Source: the human T2T-CHM13v2.0 reference genome, Homo sapiens. From it: DNA of 64,000 bases. Shown one piece after another: positions 19,812 to 45,403 of this stretch. Numbering within the stretch: the first letter of the stretch is position 1; the number at the start of each line of letters is the position of its first letter. A program made the translations under genes and the position numbers. The DNA lies in the NCBI RefSeq assembly GCF_009914755.1, contig NC_060930.1. One strand, 5' to 3'. Below the pieces are notes generated by a model. That model was not told the DNA's origin and did not search any database. It saw only the letters and a program-made list of their open reading frames with translations.

Positions 19812-20552
19812 TCATCTCAAAGGACACAGGTTCAGAAGCATATCATTGTTGCAGTGATCCAAACCCAAGTATGTCATTTCTTCCTCAAAATCCCATTTGC
19901 TGCTCTTGCTTGGCAGTGAATATTGCTGATGAGGATGAGAGGCGTAGGTGAAGAGAAAGGGGTCTTCTTGAGGTGAATGGTATGCAGGAGACTGGACGTA
20001 GCTGTTAAAATCCACATGTACTTTCTCTTCATAAAGATTACCCGCTGGATTTGGCCATAATGGGGGACAGCCAGTTTTGGCTGCAGGTGGCTCCAATGGA
20101 AGCTGCTGGTAAAAGGGTTCTGAAGAGTTTTGGGAAGGAGAGAAGCTGCAAGGCCAGCTGGTCAGAGGAAAAGGATAATTGGAATAACAGTTGTCAGCAA
20201 GATGATTTCTCCCCAAAGCAGCATTTTTACTCCACGCTTGTAGATCGCCATGATCAGAGTAGACTCCGGAGGCAGAAGGAGGAAGCAGGTCTCCACTACT
20301 GTAGGTTCTGCTACTGGACAATTTGCGCTTTTCATAGAGCTTCATGGGGTCCACAGTGGAAGTCTGGTCAGTCAGATCTGTGATTCCTCCCAGACCATAA
20401 CTCTTGGAGAAGGAAAAGCAATCATTTAGTGAGTTCTGCTGAGGAGTGTTAGCTATTAAATGTCCACTGTAACTACCAGGCAATTGGACGCCTTCCTGGA
20501 AAGACCAAGTTAAAGGTAAACTCCCCTGACTTTGTGTTTCACCTGGAAGAGA
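19812..20552 (-). CDS. GCM1: GCM1 exon 6 coding part (transactivation region)
   Basis: Acceptor TTTCCAG|TCT; [10 protein letters not shown]...LNLCPLR*; TGA at 19814-19812; 741 nt; total CDS 1311 nt. Confidence 0.97.
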   Translation of the reverse strand, partial: SLPGETQSQGSLPLTWSFQEGVQLPGSYSGHLIANTPQQNSLNDCFSFSKSYGLGGITDLTDQTSTVDPMKLYEKRKLSSSRTYSSGDLLPPSASGVYSDHGDLQAWSKNAALGRNHLADNCYSNYPFPLTSWPCSFSPSQNSSEPFYQQLPLEPPAAKTGCPPLWPNPAGNLYEEKVHVDFNSYVQSPAYHSPQEDPFLFTYASHPHQQYSLPSKSSKWDFEEEMTYLGLDHCNNDMLLNLCPLR

Positions 20553-20865
20553 CTGGAAAGGAAAGTGAAATGCTCGTGTTAATAAGTTAAGCAAATCAAA
20601 ACCACTGCCATAGGCACCCATGAGTTACTCTGTACAAATAAGAGCTCCATCAGATTTTCCTCATTCCTTACACATTAATACTTGACGCACAAACACATGC
20701 AGCGGCTTGACCACAACCACGAAACACTTGAAAAAAGCAAAGGCTGCCTCTGTTTCCATGTTAAAGCTTGCTAACCAGTAAGAGCCAAATTTCCCTACAT
20801 TCAGTAGAGACATGAGTGTGTTTAAGATGTTTCACACTCAAACACAAATCTGATATCCTAATTGC

Positions 20866-21178
<313 letters not shown>

Positions 21179-22407
21179 TCTAATTGCCTTTTTGAGAAAC
21201 TTATAAGGAACTATTTACAAAATATCAAAGTATAACTTCAAAGATTTATATTATACTCAGCACAACTCCCAGGGTCTCTGTCTCTCAACATTTCCTCCCT
21301 TGACTATTCTATTTCTTAGTGCTGGTTGGAGTGTGAGAGACCATGGTTGCTATTGTTTTTTAGTTTTTCCTTTCCTCAAGAGATTTTTCTTTGAATTCGT
21401 GGGAATTTTGTTGAACCATAAATCAGACCTCTAGAACACGAGTGGTACATTCATTTATTTTTCTAAATGGAGGAGGTATATTGTTCTTTAGTTAATCGTT
21501 AAAAAAAGGATCTGGTTGAGAATTAAGTTATGCTCTTGTTTAGGTAAAACTACTAGCTGTTAAGGGGATACTTTTAGGGGGTAGAGAAAAAGGGCTGTGA
21601 CCAGGTAGATTGGATGAGAGACTGAAATGCCACTTGACTTGTCCCATGGCTGGGAGAAAGGATGAGGAAATAGCCATTTGGGTTTGGGGGGCTTGCATTT
21701 CCCTACAACAGATCCACATTACAATTTTTTTAAATAAAGTACATTTACAGCCTCTAGGGATGGACCAGTTCCATCTCTGTTCTCCCAAAAAGAAATGTGC
21801 ACCTTTGAACAGTAGAAAAAGTATAGGAACTACTATCAATATTAAACAGACAAATGCAAAAAAACCTATGATCTGCTGCCCATAAAGCAGTGGACTTCAC
21901 ATCACAGTTTGTCTATAGGGAGTAGCCTCCACTCCACTATTGCCACCCTGGGACAGCTATCATTTTCGGAAACTGCTTGCTTATTTCATCTTGGTAGAGT
22001 GTGCTAAGAAAACAATCTGTTTGGGGACGTATGGAAATTCAGGAGGGCGGGGAGGGGGCAGGCGGTGAAATGCATAAGGCTACTATTTTGTGGAGATTGT
22101 TTCAATTGTTTTTGGTTCTTGCCAAATATAAGTTAAGTGCTAATTCAAGTTTCTCTTTGTAATTGTAGTAGGGAAGATGATTCTCCAATTACATGGACTT
22201 TATGGTTCCCAGCATGCTACAAAGATGGTAGAAAGTAAGAGTAAAGCCTCAGATTTAATTTCTTTAGCAGATGCTTGTTTGTAGATGAGCCTGATAATCC
22301 ATGATTTCTGGCTTTCCTGCGTCAGCAAGGGACCCAGGAAATCTACCGCCCCCAGCACAGGCGTGGCAAGCTACTGCATGTATTGAACATACATAATGAA
22401 GGATTAC

Positions 22408-22536
22408 CCTGGTCTCTGTGCTCCCCTTCAGGCTCAATGAGACGGAGGAAGGTGCTGTGTTCACTTTCTTCATGGCTCTTCTTGCCTCAGCTTCTAACTT
22501 GGTTTCTGGTTTTGGATGATCATGCTCTCCCTTTGA
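22408..22536 (-). CDS. GCM1: GCM1 exon 5
   Basis: Acceptor CATTTAAG|TCA (uncommon AAG), donor AGG|GTAATC; 129 nt; [24 protein letters not shown]...STETR. Confidence 0.96.
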
Positions 22537-22964
22537 CTTAAATGAGACAAGGAAGTAGAAAGGAAATGATATAACACTAACTAGACTGTGTTTCATGGTG
22601 TATCAGTTTTTATTTACTGTGTGTCCTGCCCCGGGGGTGGTGTTGCAGTTGCCTATGGTAACCAGACTGGATGAACCTCTGAAGGCGCTCCCAAGCCCAC
22701 CATGCTCCTGCCTGCCTGCCTCTCACCCACCCAGCAAAGCCATAATCACAGTGCTAAGTAACACTTACTAAATGCTTCCTGTGGTATGTGCCAGACACAA
22801 ATAAACACCCTGTGTGCCTTATATCTCATTTCATCTTCAGCACAACCATTGAGGTACACACCATTATTATCACCCCCAGTTTACAGAACAGGAAACTGAG
22901 GCATGGAGTGATTACGCCAGCTGGGTAACCTCCTCTAGAAGTGAGGGACCTAGGATTCCCCTAC

Positions 22965-23145
22965 CTGGAGCTGGCCAAAGCTGAGAGTCAATAGTTAAAC
23001 ATTCAGGAATTTTGTAGGCTGATTGTTAAAAATGACTGCTGGCTTGAAATCAGCCACGGTGAGAATATTTCCATTACAGAAGTTGGCAAATGCTACAAAT
23101 CAGGACATTTTCTTTTTGGAGAGCTGGTTTACCAGCATCCCACTA
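22965..23145. mobile_element. MER63-like hAT remnant inside a MIR
   Basis: ggcaaatgctacaaatcagg…gagagctggtttaccagca. Confidence 0.55.
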
Positions 23146-23611
23146 ATTCAAACCCAGGCAGTCTGAGTCAGGGTCCATTCTTCACCACTGTTGGTGCCAC
23201 TGCCCCATTAGTACTCTTACACATTCTACAGAAAACTGGGACGTGGAAGAGGAAAATCACCTGCTCAGGTTTAAAGACCGAGTAAAAAGTCAGAGCTGGT
23301 GTTCAAACTCAGATTTGCTGAAGGCTACCAGCAGCATGCAGCATGCGGCATGCTTAGAAGCACTGTGCTAACCTCAGTGTGACTAGATTAGCTGCCACTT
23401 CTCCTGAGAAGTAGAAGCAGAGACAGGCAGCTCCCCTTCTAGAGCTCCCCAGCACTTCAAACATCTATTAGAAGTGCAGGGGACAGATACTTGCTCTCTT
23501 AGAGTGTGAGCCCTCGGGGATGGTGCAGGATCTCATTCACAGGTGCATTTCTAGCCTCTGGTGAAACTCCTCAGTAATGAAACTCTCACGTAACTAACTC
23601 AAAAATCCAAC

Positions 23612-23724
23612 CTGGAAAAATATAAAGCGTCCGTCGTGCCTCCAGAAGTTGGTGACCGGGAAGCCCCCATGACCTCGGCAAGGGATGAGCTTCAGAGGCC
23701 CGTCACAGTTGGGACAGCGTTTCC
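23612..23724 (-). CDS. GCM1: GCM1 exon 4 (Zn-binding part of GCM domain)
   Basis: Not in the ORF track; read by hand. Acceptor TTTTGTAG|GG, donor CAG|GTTGGA; 113 nt; (R)[37 protein letters not shown]. Confidence 0.97.
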
Positions 23725-24012
23725 CTACAAAAGAGCAGAGGAAAATGACCACACCTGGCTGAACCATGTCGGTTGTTGACTCCTGTGCAGTCTTGAAGAT
23801 TTTAGCCCTGACTCAAGGACGGCAGAGTATAAATCTGGGCAGAGTTTCATGGGCTGAAATCCACTAGATATTACCCCTGACCCTCAGAAGCCTGGCCACT
23901 AAAATGGCCCACATGGGTCTCACACATGGATAGGGGAAGTGGTTGCCTACCAAGTAGGATATTTCACAGGTCAAGGCAGAGCTCTTCTGAGCAGAAAACC
24001 CCTCCCTACTTA

Positions 24013-25400
<1,388 letters not shown>

Positions 25401-25678
25401 TCTTCCCTTTAACAGGAGCCTTCAGTCCAGTGCCTTAACCCAAGGAGGCATTTTTGATGGTGGGTGCTCTGGGTATGGCAGATATGTGGGGTCCTTGCTG
25501 GAGCACAAGGGATCTGGTTGGTTCCGCTCCATATGCTCCATGTCAGAACAGCCTTGGCTGCCACTACACTCCAGGGTGATGGTTTTGCCCTTGGGCAGTG
25601 CTGGGACACAGTGACCCATCTGGCAGGGGCATCTGAGGGATGTCAGCTTTTTTGCTGGTGCCACGAAGCTCTACTCAC

Positions 25679-25931
25679 GCTGCTGCTTCTGCCGGGCCTT
25701 GTCACAGATGGCAGGTCTCAGGTAGATCTTGCGCCCCTCCTCTGCGAGACAGTCGCGGCCGCACACCACCACACCCAGGCAGGACTTCTTGAGGATGCGG
25801 GAGTTGTGGTTGTTGGTATTGCGCATGGCCCAGCTGCTCAGGTGCCGCTGCGCATTCTTGTCCTCCGAGCTGTAGATGTGTTTGGCATAGGAATCTGGCC
25901 ACTCCTGGAACCAGTCGGTTTTTTTCACGTT
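25679..25931 (-). CDS. GCM1: GCM1 exon 3 (GCM domain N-terminal part)
   Basis: Acceptor TTCTATCAG|AAC, donor AGC|GTGAGT; 253 nt; [13 protein letters not shown]...[20 protein letters not shown]...[13 protein letters not shown]. Confidence 0.98.
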
Positions 25932-26291
25932 CTGATAGAAACACAAAAGATACGACTATACTTTAAGCTAGAAAACACAGCTGTCACCCACTGTGGAGTG
26001 AGTAGATAGGAAGGATGTTTTGGCATTCAGGAGCTGGGCAAGAGACCTTTGGCAAAAGCCTCCCTACATTTAATTCTGACAGTGGGATCAGCGAGCCCAG
26101 CACAACAGTGGCAACTGAGTGCTGTGTCTGTCAGGCATTCAGCCGCTGGACCAAAATAAATGATAGCCCCTGTGAGTTCCATCTGATTGACACTTCCCTA
26201 GCCCTCAGTGACACAAGAAATGACCATTTCTCAGTAGGAATTTTTGAAGGTTAAGTAATGCTATGCTCTTACACAATAACTATAGAAAACA

Positions 26292-36524
<10,233 letters not shown>

Positions 36525-36545
<21 letters not shown>

Positions 36546-36708
36546 AGAGGAAGAAGAAAGAAAAGAAAAGAAAGAAAGAAAGAAAATGAAAAGAAAGAGA
36601 GAGAGAAAGAAAGAAAAAAAGAAAGAAAGAAAAAAGGAAGAAGGCAGGAAGGCAAGGCAAGGCGAAGGAAAGGGAAGAAAGAAGAGGAAAAAGAAAAAAG
36701 GAAGAAGA
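36525..36708. repeat. GA-rich low-complexity tract (expanded Alu tail)
   Basis: ~180 nt almost purely A/G on +. Confidence 0.9.
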
Positions 36709-37168
36709 GCATGCTGTATTCCACAAGAGAACAATATCATCTGGATTCCAGCACATTCCATTTAGACATGAATCTGAGTTAAAACTATCACTATAGCAAA
36801 TAAGGTTGTATGAGGACTTGTGCATAACAAAGAGTCAATTTATGGCCAAATAAATCATCACGGATTTTATCATACTGTCTAGCCAGAGTGAGTGCAACCT
36901 GAGTTACGCCAACTTTGAAAGAGAAGGGAAGTAGAAATTTCTTTGCATCAGTCTCTAAGTGTGGGAGTCTGGTAAGTAAAGACACACTCAAATCATAGGT
37001 CTTGCCATCTCTTCTTAAAATCCCTCAGTCGGCTGTCTAGCTGAAACTCTAGGGGAGAGGAATTTACCCAGCTGGAATCCTCACCAATTTCCTTCCAGGT
37101 CTCCGCATGTTAATAGTCAAGACTTCACAGCCCAATGTTGAAGGCAGATTTTTATAGCAAGTACATAC

Positions 37169-37243
37169 CTGTGGCAGTTTCACATCATTAATATCCCAGC
37201 TTAATATCTCTTTGTCTTCAGAATCAAAGTCGTCAGGTTCCAT
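37169..37243 (-). CDS. GCM1: GCM1 coding exon 2 (aa 1-25)
   Basis: ATG at 37243; [25 protein letters not shown]; donor CAG|GTATGT; 75 nt, phase 0. Confidence 0.97.
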
Positions 37244-37379
37244 GATAAGGTCAGGCCAGCCAAGGTTTTCACCTATTCGACTCCCCTCAGAAATGCTTGA
37301 GAATTTTGTTCTCAAAGGTTCTTGATATAGCTGGATCGGCCCACTCAAGCACCTTGGACCAGGAGATTGTTTTCTAGGG
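37244..37379 (-). other. GCM1: GCM1 exon 2, 5'UTR portion (136 nt)
   Basis: Acceptor TTATTTTTTTAG|CCCTAG (AG at 37381-37380); a second AG lies 6 nt downstream. Confidence 0.8.
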
Positions 37380-37777
37380 CTAAAAAAATAAGTTATATTA
37401 GTATTGGCCATTAAAGAGATTTAAAAAAAAACCCCAATGCTCCTCTGCCAGAAAAACCTGTTTCACTGACATTTTTGCAAGTACCAACATACTAGTAAAA
37501 AACAAAACATAGGAGCCATAAGTGATTTTACTTAAAACTTGGCCATCGGGAATTAGAAGCGTGTGATCACTGCTTTCACCCTTGGGTTTGGGCTTGCTTT
37601 CTCATTGCAAGATCCAGGTTGTGAAGGCCTTAGCAGAGACAGTTGTCATCTGTAACCAATGGCTAGGACTTTTCCTGCTAGGGCAGGAGGATACTGGCTT
37701 GGAGTTGTTTCCATAGAAATGCCTTTATAAATTAGCTAATGTGTGGTTGAAGCTGCAAGAGGGGAACATCACACTGA

Positions 37778-38144
<367 letters not shown>

Positions 38145-38256
38145 TGAAAATCCAAATCACTGTAAGGATTAGGTTTGGTCTCTGCAATAAATCCTGTGCG
38201 CACGATATATCTTCAAATATTATCAACTAATATGCTTATATCTGATTAATCTGAAA

Positions 38257-38381
38257 CAGGGTTTCTTAAGTTTGGCACTATTGACATTTTGGACCAGATA
38301 ATTCTTTGTTGTGGGGAGCTTTTTTCATGTTGTAGACTGTTTGGCAGCATCCCTGGTCTCTACCCATTAGGTGCTAGCAGC
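38257..38381 (+). mobile_element. MER20 fragment in intron 1
   Basis: ggcactattgacattttggaccagataattctttgttgtgggg…gcagcatccctggtctctaccca. Confidence 0.75.
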
Positions 38382-39025
38382 CTGTAATCCCAATACTTTG
38401 GGAGGCCAAGACACATGTATCACTTAAGTCTATGAGTTCAAGACCAGCCTGAGAAACATGCAGAAACCGTGTTTATACAAGAAGTACAAATCACTAGCTG
38501 GGCATGGTGGTGCACACCTGTAGTCCCAGCTACTTTGGGAGGCTGAGGTGGAGGATTACCCGAGCCCAGGAGGTTGAGGCTGCAGTGAGCCAAGATTGTG
38601 TCACTGCATGCCAGCCTGGGTGACAGAGTGAGACCTTGTCTCAAAAAATAAATAAATGAATGAATGAATAAATAAATAAATGAATGAATAAATAAAAGTT
38701 TGTTCAAATGGCATTTCTTCCCTCACGAGAAATAGTGCTCTAATTTCTAACTATAATTGGTTAAAGGAGGTTTACCAAGAAAAAAAGAAAGAAAATTTGA
38801 AGTGTTCTACCCTGAGGAAAAAAATGAATAATTTTGCAGATGAAAGCTACTTGTTAGTACGATATGAAGTGAAACATGTTCACATGTATAACATTTCATT
38901 TATTGGTACTCTTATAAAAACAAGAGACATAATGATGTTATGTAGAGCTATTTAATAGCGAACTCAAACTATAAGGTAGATTAATAGTCTAAGCTTTGGC
39001 GAGACCCATGAACTCTTTTCTTTAG

Positions 39026-39343
<318 letters not shown>

Positions 39344-39468
39344 TAGTTATTTAGTGTTATATAATCCTAATACTTGTCAATCACTGAACTCTACCAAGGG
39401 AAAGTGTATGTATATAAAAGACCGTTGACCTGAACATAAGAATGAAGTTCCTTTTTTCTTTTTTGTGT

Positions 39469-39537
39469 GTGCTCTAGATGTCCAGAGAAATTTCTCTAGT
39501 AACAAACTATAGAAATGATCCCTGAAAGTATAGTCTT
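39469..39537 (-). pseudogene. U3 snoRNA retrocopy, 3'-truncated at nt 69
   Basis: AAGACTATACTTTCAGGGATCATTTCTATAG...CTAGAGCAC matches 64/69 to recalled human U3 nt 1-69; followed by an A-rich tail (39452-39464) and degenerate flanking repeats. Confidence 0.92.
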
Positions 39538-40361
39538 TATAAATAAAGTTCTTGACCATTAAATGACAAGCTAATCAGAGTCTCTTCCTGTCTGTTCCAC
39601 ATACCCATACTGAGCTACAACCTAGTGGTTGCAGAGCACGAAGTTTCTGTTCCCCAACTGAATGTTGATTTTCAAGACTAAATCCTCATGGATTTTAAGT
39701 AAAATTCTATGTTTAGGAAAGAAACATTGTGTTACTGAAGAAATGATGCCGCAAATTGACTCTAATTCAAAGGACTTAAATAACAGGTATAGAAGATGCA
39801 GATACCAAGCAGCAGTTCCGTGTACTTACCCTGAACAGTAACGATATTGTCTCTGATGGTGCAAATTTTGTTATAACTAATTGGAATAGATCTACTTTTT
39901 AAAAACCTTGGCAAATAAGATTCATATTTTCAAAAATCAAAAACATTGTTATAAAGCCTAGGCAATATAGACATAATTATTTTGTTTTTAAATTAAGGGA
40001 AGAATAATAAAGAAAATTTTATTACAGAACAACTATGTTACATTTTAGATTTTTCTCTCGATATTAACATTTGCTAAGCGAATGAGCATTAATTTAATAT
40101 TTCCCTAAAAGTTAAGAACAAAACATAGAAAAGAAGAAAAAACCATTTTACAGCCCTTAAGTAAACTCTGTTTTCCTCTTCTAGGATTGAAAAACTACAC
40201 TTGTCAAGACTCCTTTTTTTAAAGCAACTTGCGCAAAGTATATTCAATTTTCATCATTTCTACAGAAAAATGAACTAGAACAAATGAAACCCTGTAGGAA
40301 TAGAGTGGTCGTTGCCACATCCCTTACATTTGCCTCTCCACGGGATTTCTGGCTTTCTTAC

Positions 40362-40450
40362 CTTCTAACTTCTTACGGAGAAGCAGACAGCACTGTGTCG
40401 TGAAAATCTTACTGCTGGTTCAAGTCCCAGCAGGCTCTGGTCATTTTCTG
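40362..40450 (-). other. GCM1: GCM1 non-coding exon 1 (5' end approximate)
   Basis: Strong donor GAAG|GTAAGA (GT at 40361-40360). Agrees with my recollection of the GCM1 5'UTR; the TSS cannot be fixed from sequence alone. Confidence 0.75.
40409..40444 (-). other. uORF MTRACWDLNQQ* in exon 1
   Basis: AAAATGA at 40444, TAA at 40411-40409. Present in the mRNA only if the TSS is upstream of 40444. Confidence 0.55.
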
Positions 40451-40620
40451 AGCAGACGCTGTTCCCTATTCCAGGTCAGGGTACACTATGCTAATGAGTT
40501 CTGGCAATGGTCCAATCAAAATCTAGATGCTCTAGGCTCTGGATAGGTAAGAGCAGCCTGGGAGTCACTTAACCAGCCTGATTCTTCCCAGAATGCCAGC
40601 AATGTGATGAATATTCTATG
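40451..40620 (-). promoter_or_regulatory. GCM1 proximal promoter (no clear TATA, not a CpG island)
   Basis: Lies upstream of exon 1. Motif-level matches only: CCAAT 40512-40516, ATGCTAAT 40488-40495, AGGTCA 40473-40478 and TEAD-like TGGAAT. Confidence 0.5.
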
Positions 40621-41918
40621 ATGTGTCTCTGAACTTCCCCCTCCCTTTATGTTATGAGGACATTTGAACTAAAATGGACATTGAAAAGAACCTCATAAGG
40701 AAGTACAGATGTTTTTCTTCTTGTGATGTTACAGGTTGGGCCCCAGGCAGACGATTCACAGTAGGTCCTAATTCTCCCACTATTTACCCGGCAGGTAATA
40801 GTTCTCTCTCATGTGTGCAAGAGAGAGAAGACAGACAGACAGAGATAGAGAGATATTATGGTGAGGAAATTTACTGGAATAGACAGTGGATAGCCAACAT
40901 CCTCTATACCAGAAATACTGAAATGCTATCTTAACCCTAGCAATAATGTCCCACTAATTCTAAGTGTTCTGATCCCCTAAAAATATACAATTCTTGGCCG
41001 GGCGTGGTGGCTCACACCTGTAATCCTAGCACTTTGGGAGGCCGATGTGGGCGGATCACAAGGTTGGGAGTTCAAAACCAGCCTGGCCAAGATGGTGAAA
41101 CCCCGTCTCTACTAGAAATACAAAAATTAGCCAGGTGTGGTGGCGAGCGCCTGTAATCCCAGCTATTTGGGAGACTGAGGCAGAGAATTGCTTGAACCTG
41201 GGAAGCGGAGGTTGCGTGAGCTGAGATTGCGTCACTGCAGTCAAGCCTGGGTGACAGAGCGAGGCTCCATCTCAAAAAAACAAAAACAAAACAAAACAAA
41301 ACAACAAAAAAAAACGAACAAACAAAAACCAATTATTTCTTCTAGAGATACCCTCAGTGCTATTCTTCCTTTTAGAGACATCCGCAGTACAGCCTAAATC
41401 AGTTCAGTTCATATGTTTTGTTCTAGGTAGTCTGCCAGGCCTTGGCAACACAAGAGAGAATGAAAGCCATTAAGAAGTTCATTCTAGTAGAAAAGATGAT
41501 TAAAGCTACTAAATAAGGCCGATTTAATTTGATGTATAGAATAAAAGTAATATAAATGAGAAGGCTATTAAGCTGGAGGGAGGAGAACCAAAGGAAACCC
41601 ACCAAAATAATGCTCGATGAGCCTTTTGAAGGACAAATAGATATTTATCAAGGCGTGAAGGACTGGAAGAGGGTGTTTCGGGGAGTGACAATATCCTGGA
41701 CAACATGACGAGGGATCAGTACCTGTCAGGAAGGTCCAGACTTTCAAGGATGAGGCTTAGGAGGCAGAGATGAGAAGGCGAGAAGGCAAAAGGCTTGGAA
41801 AGCCTCATAGTTGCATTCGGCGGCCCCTAATAGATTTCTCATTCGTCTTTCAGTTCATGAACAAATTCCTTTCCTGCCTGAAGTTTAAGACCCTGCTTCA
41901 TCTTTTTTTTTTTTTTGA

Positions 41919-42023
<105 letters not shown>

Positions 42024-43513
42024 TGAGTAGCTGGGATTACAGGCGCACACCACCACGCTCGGCTAATTTTGTATTTTTAGTAGAGATGGGGTTTCTCCAT
42101 GTTGGTCAGGCTAGTCTTGAATTCCCGAACTCAGGTGATCCACCCGCCTCGGCCTCCCAAAGTGCTGGGATTACAGGCGTTAGCCACCACGCCTGACCAA
42201 CCCTGCTTGATCTTATTGTACTTTATCTGGCCAGTCTTGGTCTCCTCTCTGTAATCCCTTTGTTGGTCAGGAGGACATTTCTCCATCCATCAGATACATT
42301 GTATCAGGACAAAGCCTAAAATTATGCCAGCTGGTGAAAGAGGATGTCTACAGGGTCTAGGTCCAGAATCACAAGCGGAGTAAAGAGTGGATTTAGTGTC
42401 GACAGGCAATAAGTCAATCACTGGCACACCTGTTGTGCTTATTCACTTACTTAGGTCTATTCTCTAGTGTATTTTTCACATCCATATATCTGAACCCTGT
42501 CTACCCTTCAGGATCCCCAAAATGCCACCTCCTTATGAGAGCTTCCCACACTATTCAAGAACACATGATTCCTCATTTCTGTGATGCTCTTTTGTTTCTT
42601 TTTTGAGACAAGGTCTTACTCTGTCACCCAGGCTGGAGCACAGTGGTGTGATTATGGCTCACTATGGTCTCGCTTTCCTGGGCTCAAGTGATCCTCCCGC
42701 CTCAGCATCCCAAGTAGCTGGGGCTACAGGTGCTCACCACCACGTCCCGCTAATTTTTGTATTTTTTGTAAAGATGGGACTTCACCATGTTGTCTAGGCT
42801 GGTCTTGAATTCCTGGGCTCAAGAAATCGCCTGCCTTGGCCTCCCAAATTGCCGGAACTACAGGTATGAGCCACGGTGCCTGGCCATGTTGAACTCTTAA
42901 CTGTGAATTATATGCTGTCTTGTATCACTTGGATCTAACAGTGTTTTTAAATTACAAAATAAATTCATGATTTATAAAAAAGTCATATTCTCATCTCCCA
43001 TAGGTTTCCACTGTTAACATGTCAGGCATGTCCTTTCAAACTTTTGTTTTCCCATATCTTTTTGTTCCCATATAGAACAAAAGATATTATTTTTATTTGC
43101 AATCCTATTTTACGTGATATTGCCTTTAGTTGTTTTGTTTTGTTTGTTTGGTTGATTGGTTTTGTTTTGCTTTTTTTGGAGATACGGTTTCCCTGTGTGG
43201 TCCAGGGTAGACTCAAACTCCTAGGTTCAAGTCATTCTCCCCACTGAGCCTCCCAAGCAGCTGGGACTCCAGGTGCCCGCCACCACATCAGGCTATTGCT
43301 TTTCATTGTTGATGAGTGTTGGTTCTGGCTCCCCAGTGAGGCTGCTAGTTCTTTCACGGCCAAGTTGGGATCTTCTACTTTCCCTCTCCTCATAGAAAGA
43401 CTTGCTGAGTTTCCAGCAGCAACATCACAGCCATCCTTGTCCCAAGCACCAACCCTACTCGGACACAGGAGGGCGCTGAGAAGCTCTGCCTTCACACTCT
43501 GATAGAGGTGTGA

Positions 43514-43870
<357 letters not shown>

Positions 43871-44705
43871 TAGGCGTGAGCCACCTTACCTGGCCAAATT
43901 CTCCTAATTGGATCTCTGTCATTGTTATTAATAACAATAATCATAGTAGCTTCCCTTGACTGCACATTTACAATGAATCAGGCGCCATGCTTAATCACCT
44001 GTCTGTATTATCACTCTTGATCCATACAGCATCCCTATCAGATAGATACTATTTTTATTATGCCTCCTTTGTGGAGAAGGAGATCAAGGCTCAGACAAAT
44101 AGCTTTACACAGAAATGTAAGTAGCAGAGCTGGGGTAGAACTCAGAGACATGCCTGTTGACCACGGTACTGCATGAAGAGCCCTATGTGTTCAGCATCTG
44201 GAGTCTTTGTCTCCACTCCTATAAAATCTGAGTTCTACATCACTCTTTCCACCCTGTGCCTCCTCCCCTAGAGACAGGAATCCTGCCTTAAGCCAGGTGG
44301 CTAGAGGCCCTATTACTTGGTAACTGACCTCAACCACTAATGATTGGATTTCTCAGTATCTCTACTTTTGCATTCCCTGACACTCTGAGGCCTGCCTATT
44401 GAGATCATTCTGGTTTTTTTTTCATCAATAGTGGTGCTTTAGGCATTTTAAGCAGGATAATTATTTGGGTCAGACTGTCCCATGCACAGAATTCCCAGAC
44501 GCAAGATGCCAGCAACATCCCAGTCACAATATCAACCATAACCCACACCTTCATATTTCTACATGTTCGGGAACCAGGGAGGGAGCAGTATTGTGCTGCC
44601 TTTGGTTTGGGGTGACCATGCCAGACTCTCAGGGCTGACAAGTTTGCCTAGACTATTGCCTGCGGTTTCCAATTCACAGCCTAAAAGATACCTTGTTCTA
44701 CCTAA

Positions 44706-45148
<443 letters not shown>

Positions 45149-45183
45149 TAGTTCTCACAACCACTTCATGAAATTAATATAAA

Positions 45184-45403
45184 TTTTTAGTTGTTGTACA
45201 TATTTGCTGGGTACATATGATATTTTGGCTACATGCATAGAATGTGTAATGATCAAGTCAGAGAATTTGGGGTGTCCCTCACCTTGAGTATTTACTGTTT
45301 CACATGTTGGGAGTATTTCAAGTCCTCTCTTCTAGCTATTTTGCAACATACAATACATTGTTATTAACTATAGTCATCGTACTCTGCTACTGAATATATT
45401 AAG
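45184..45403 (-). mobile_element. L1MA-type 3'UTR end abutting the U6 copy
   Basis: Resembles an antisense L1MA 3' end (…gatcaagtcag…tcctctcttctagctatttt…ttaactatagtca…ctctgcta). Confidence 0.75.

Noticed and set aside
20553-20621. Apparent N-terminus of the 269-aa ORF
   Set aside because: Intron 5 sequence upstream of the exon-6 acceptor; the real exon begins at 20552.
22340-22360. CTCF-like GGGGGCGGTA in intron 5
   Set aside because: Only the 3' half of the motif matches.
25464-26009. 181-aa + strand ORF
   Set aside because: Antisense shadow of GC-rich exon 3; no recognisable homology.
39823-39833. TACTTACC resembling the U1 snRNA 5' end
   Set aside because: Similarity does not extend; it is simply the complement of a 5' splice site.
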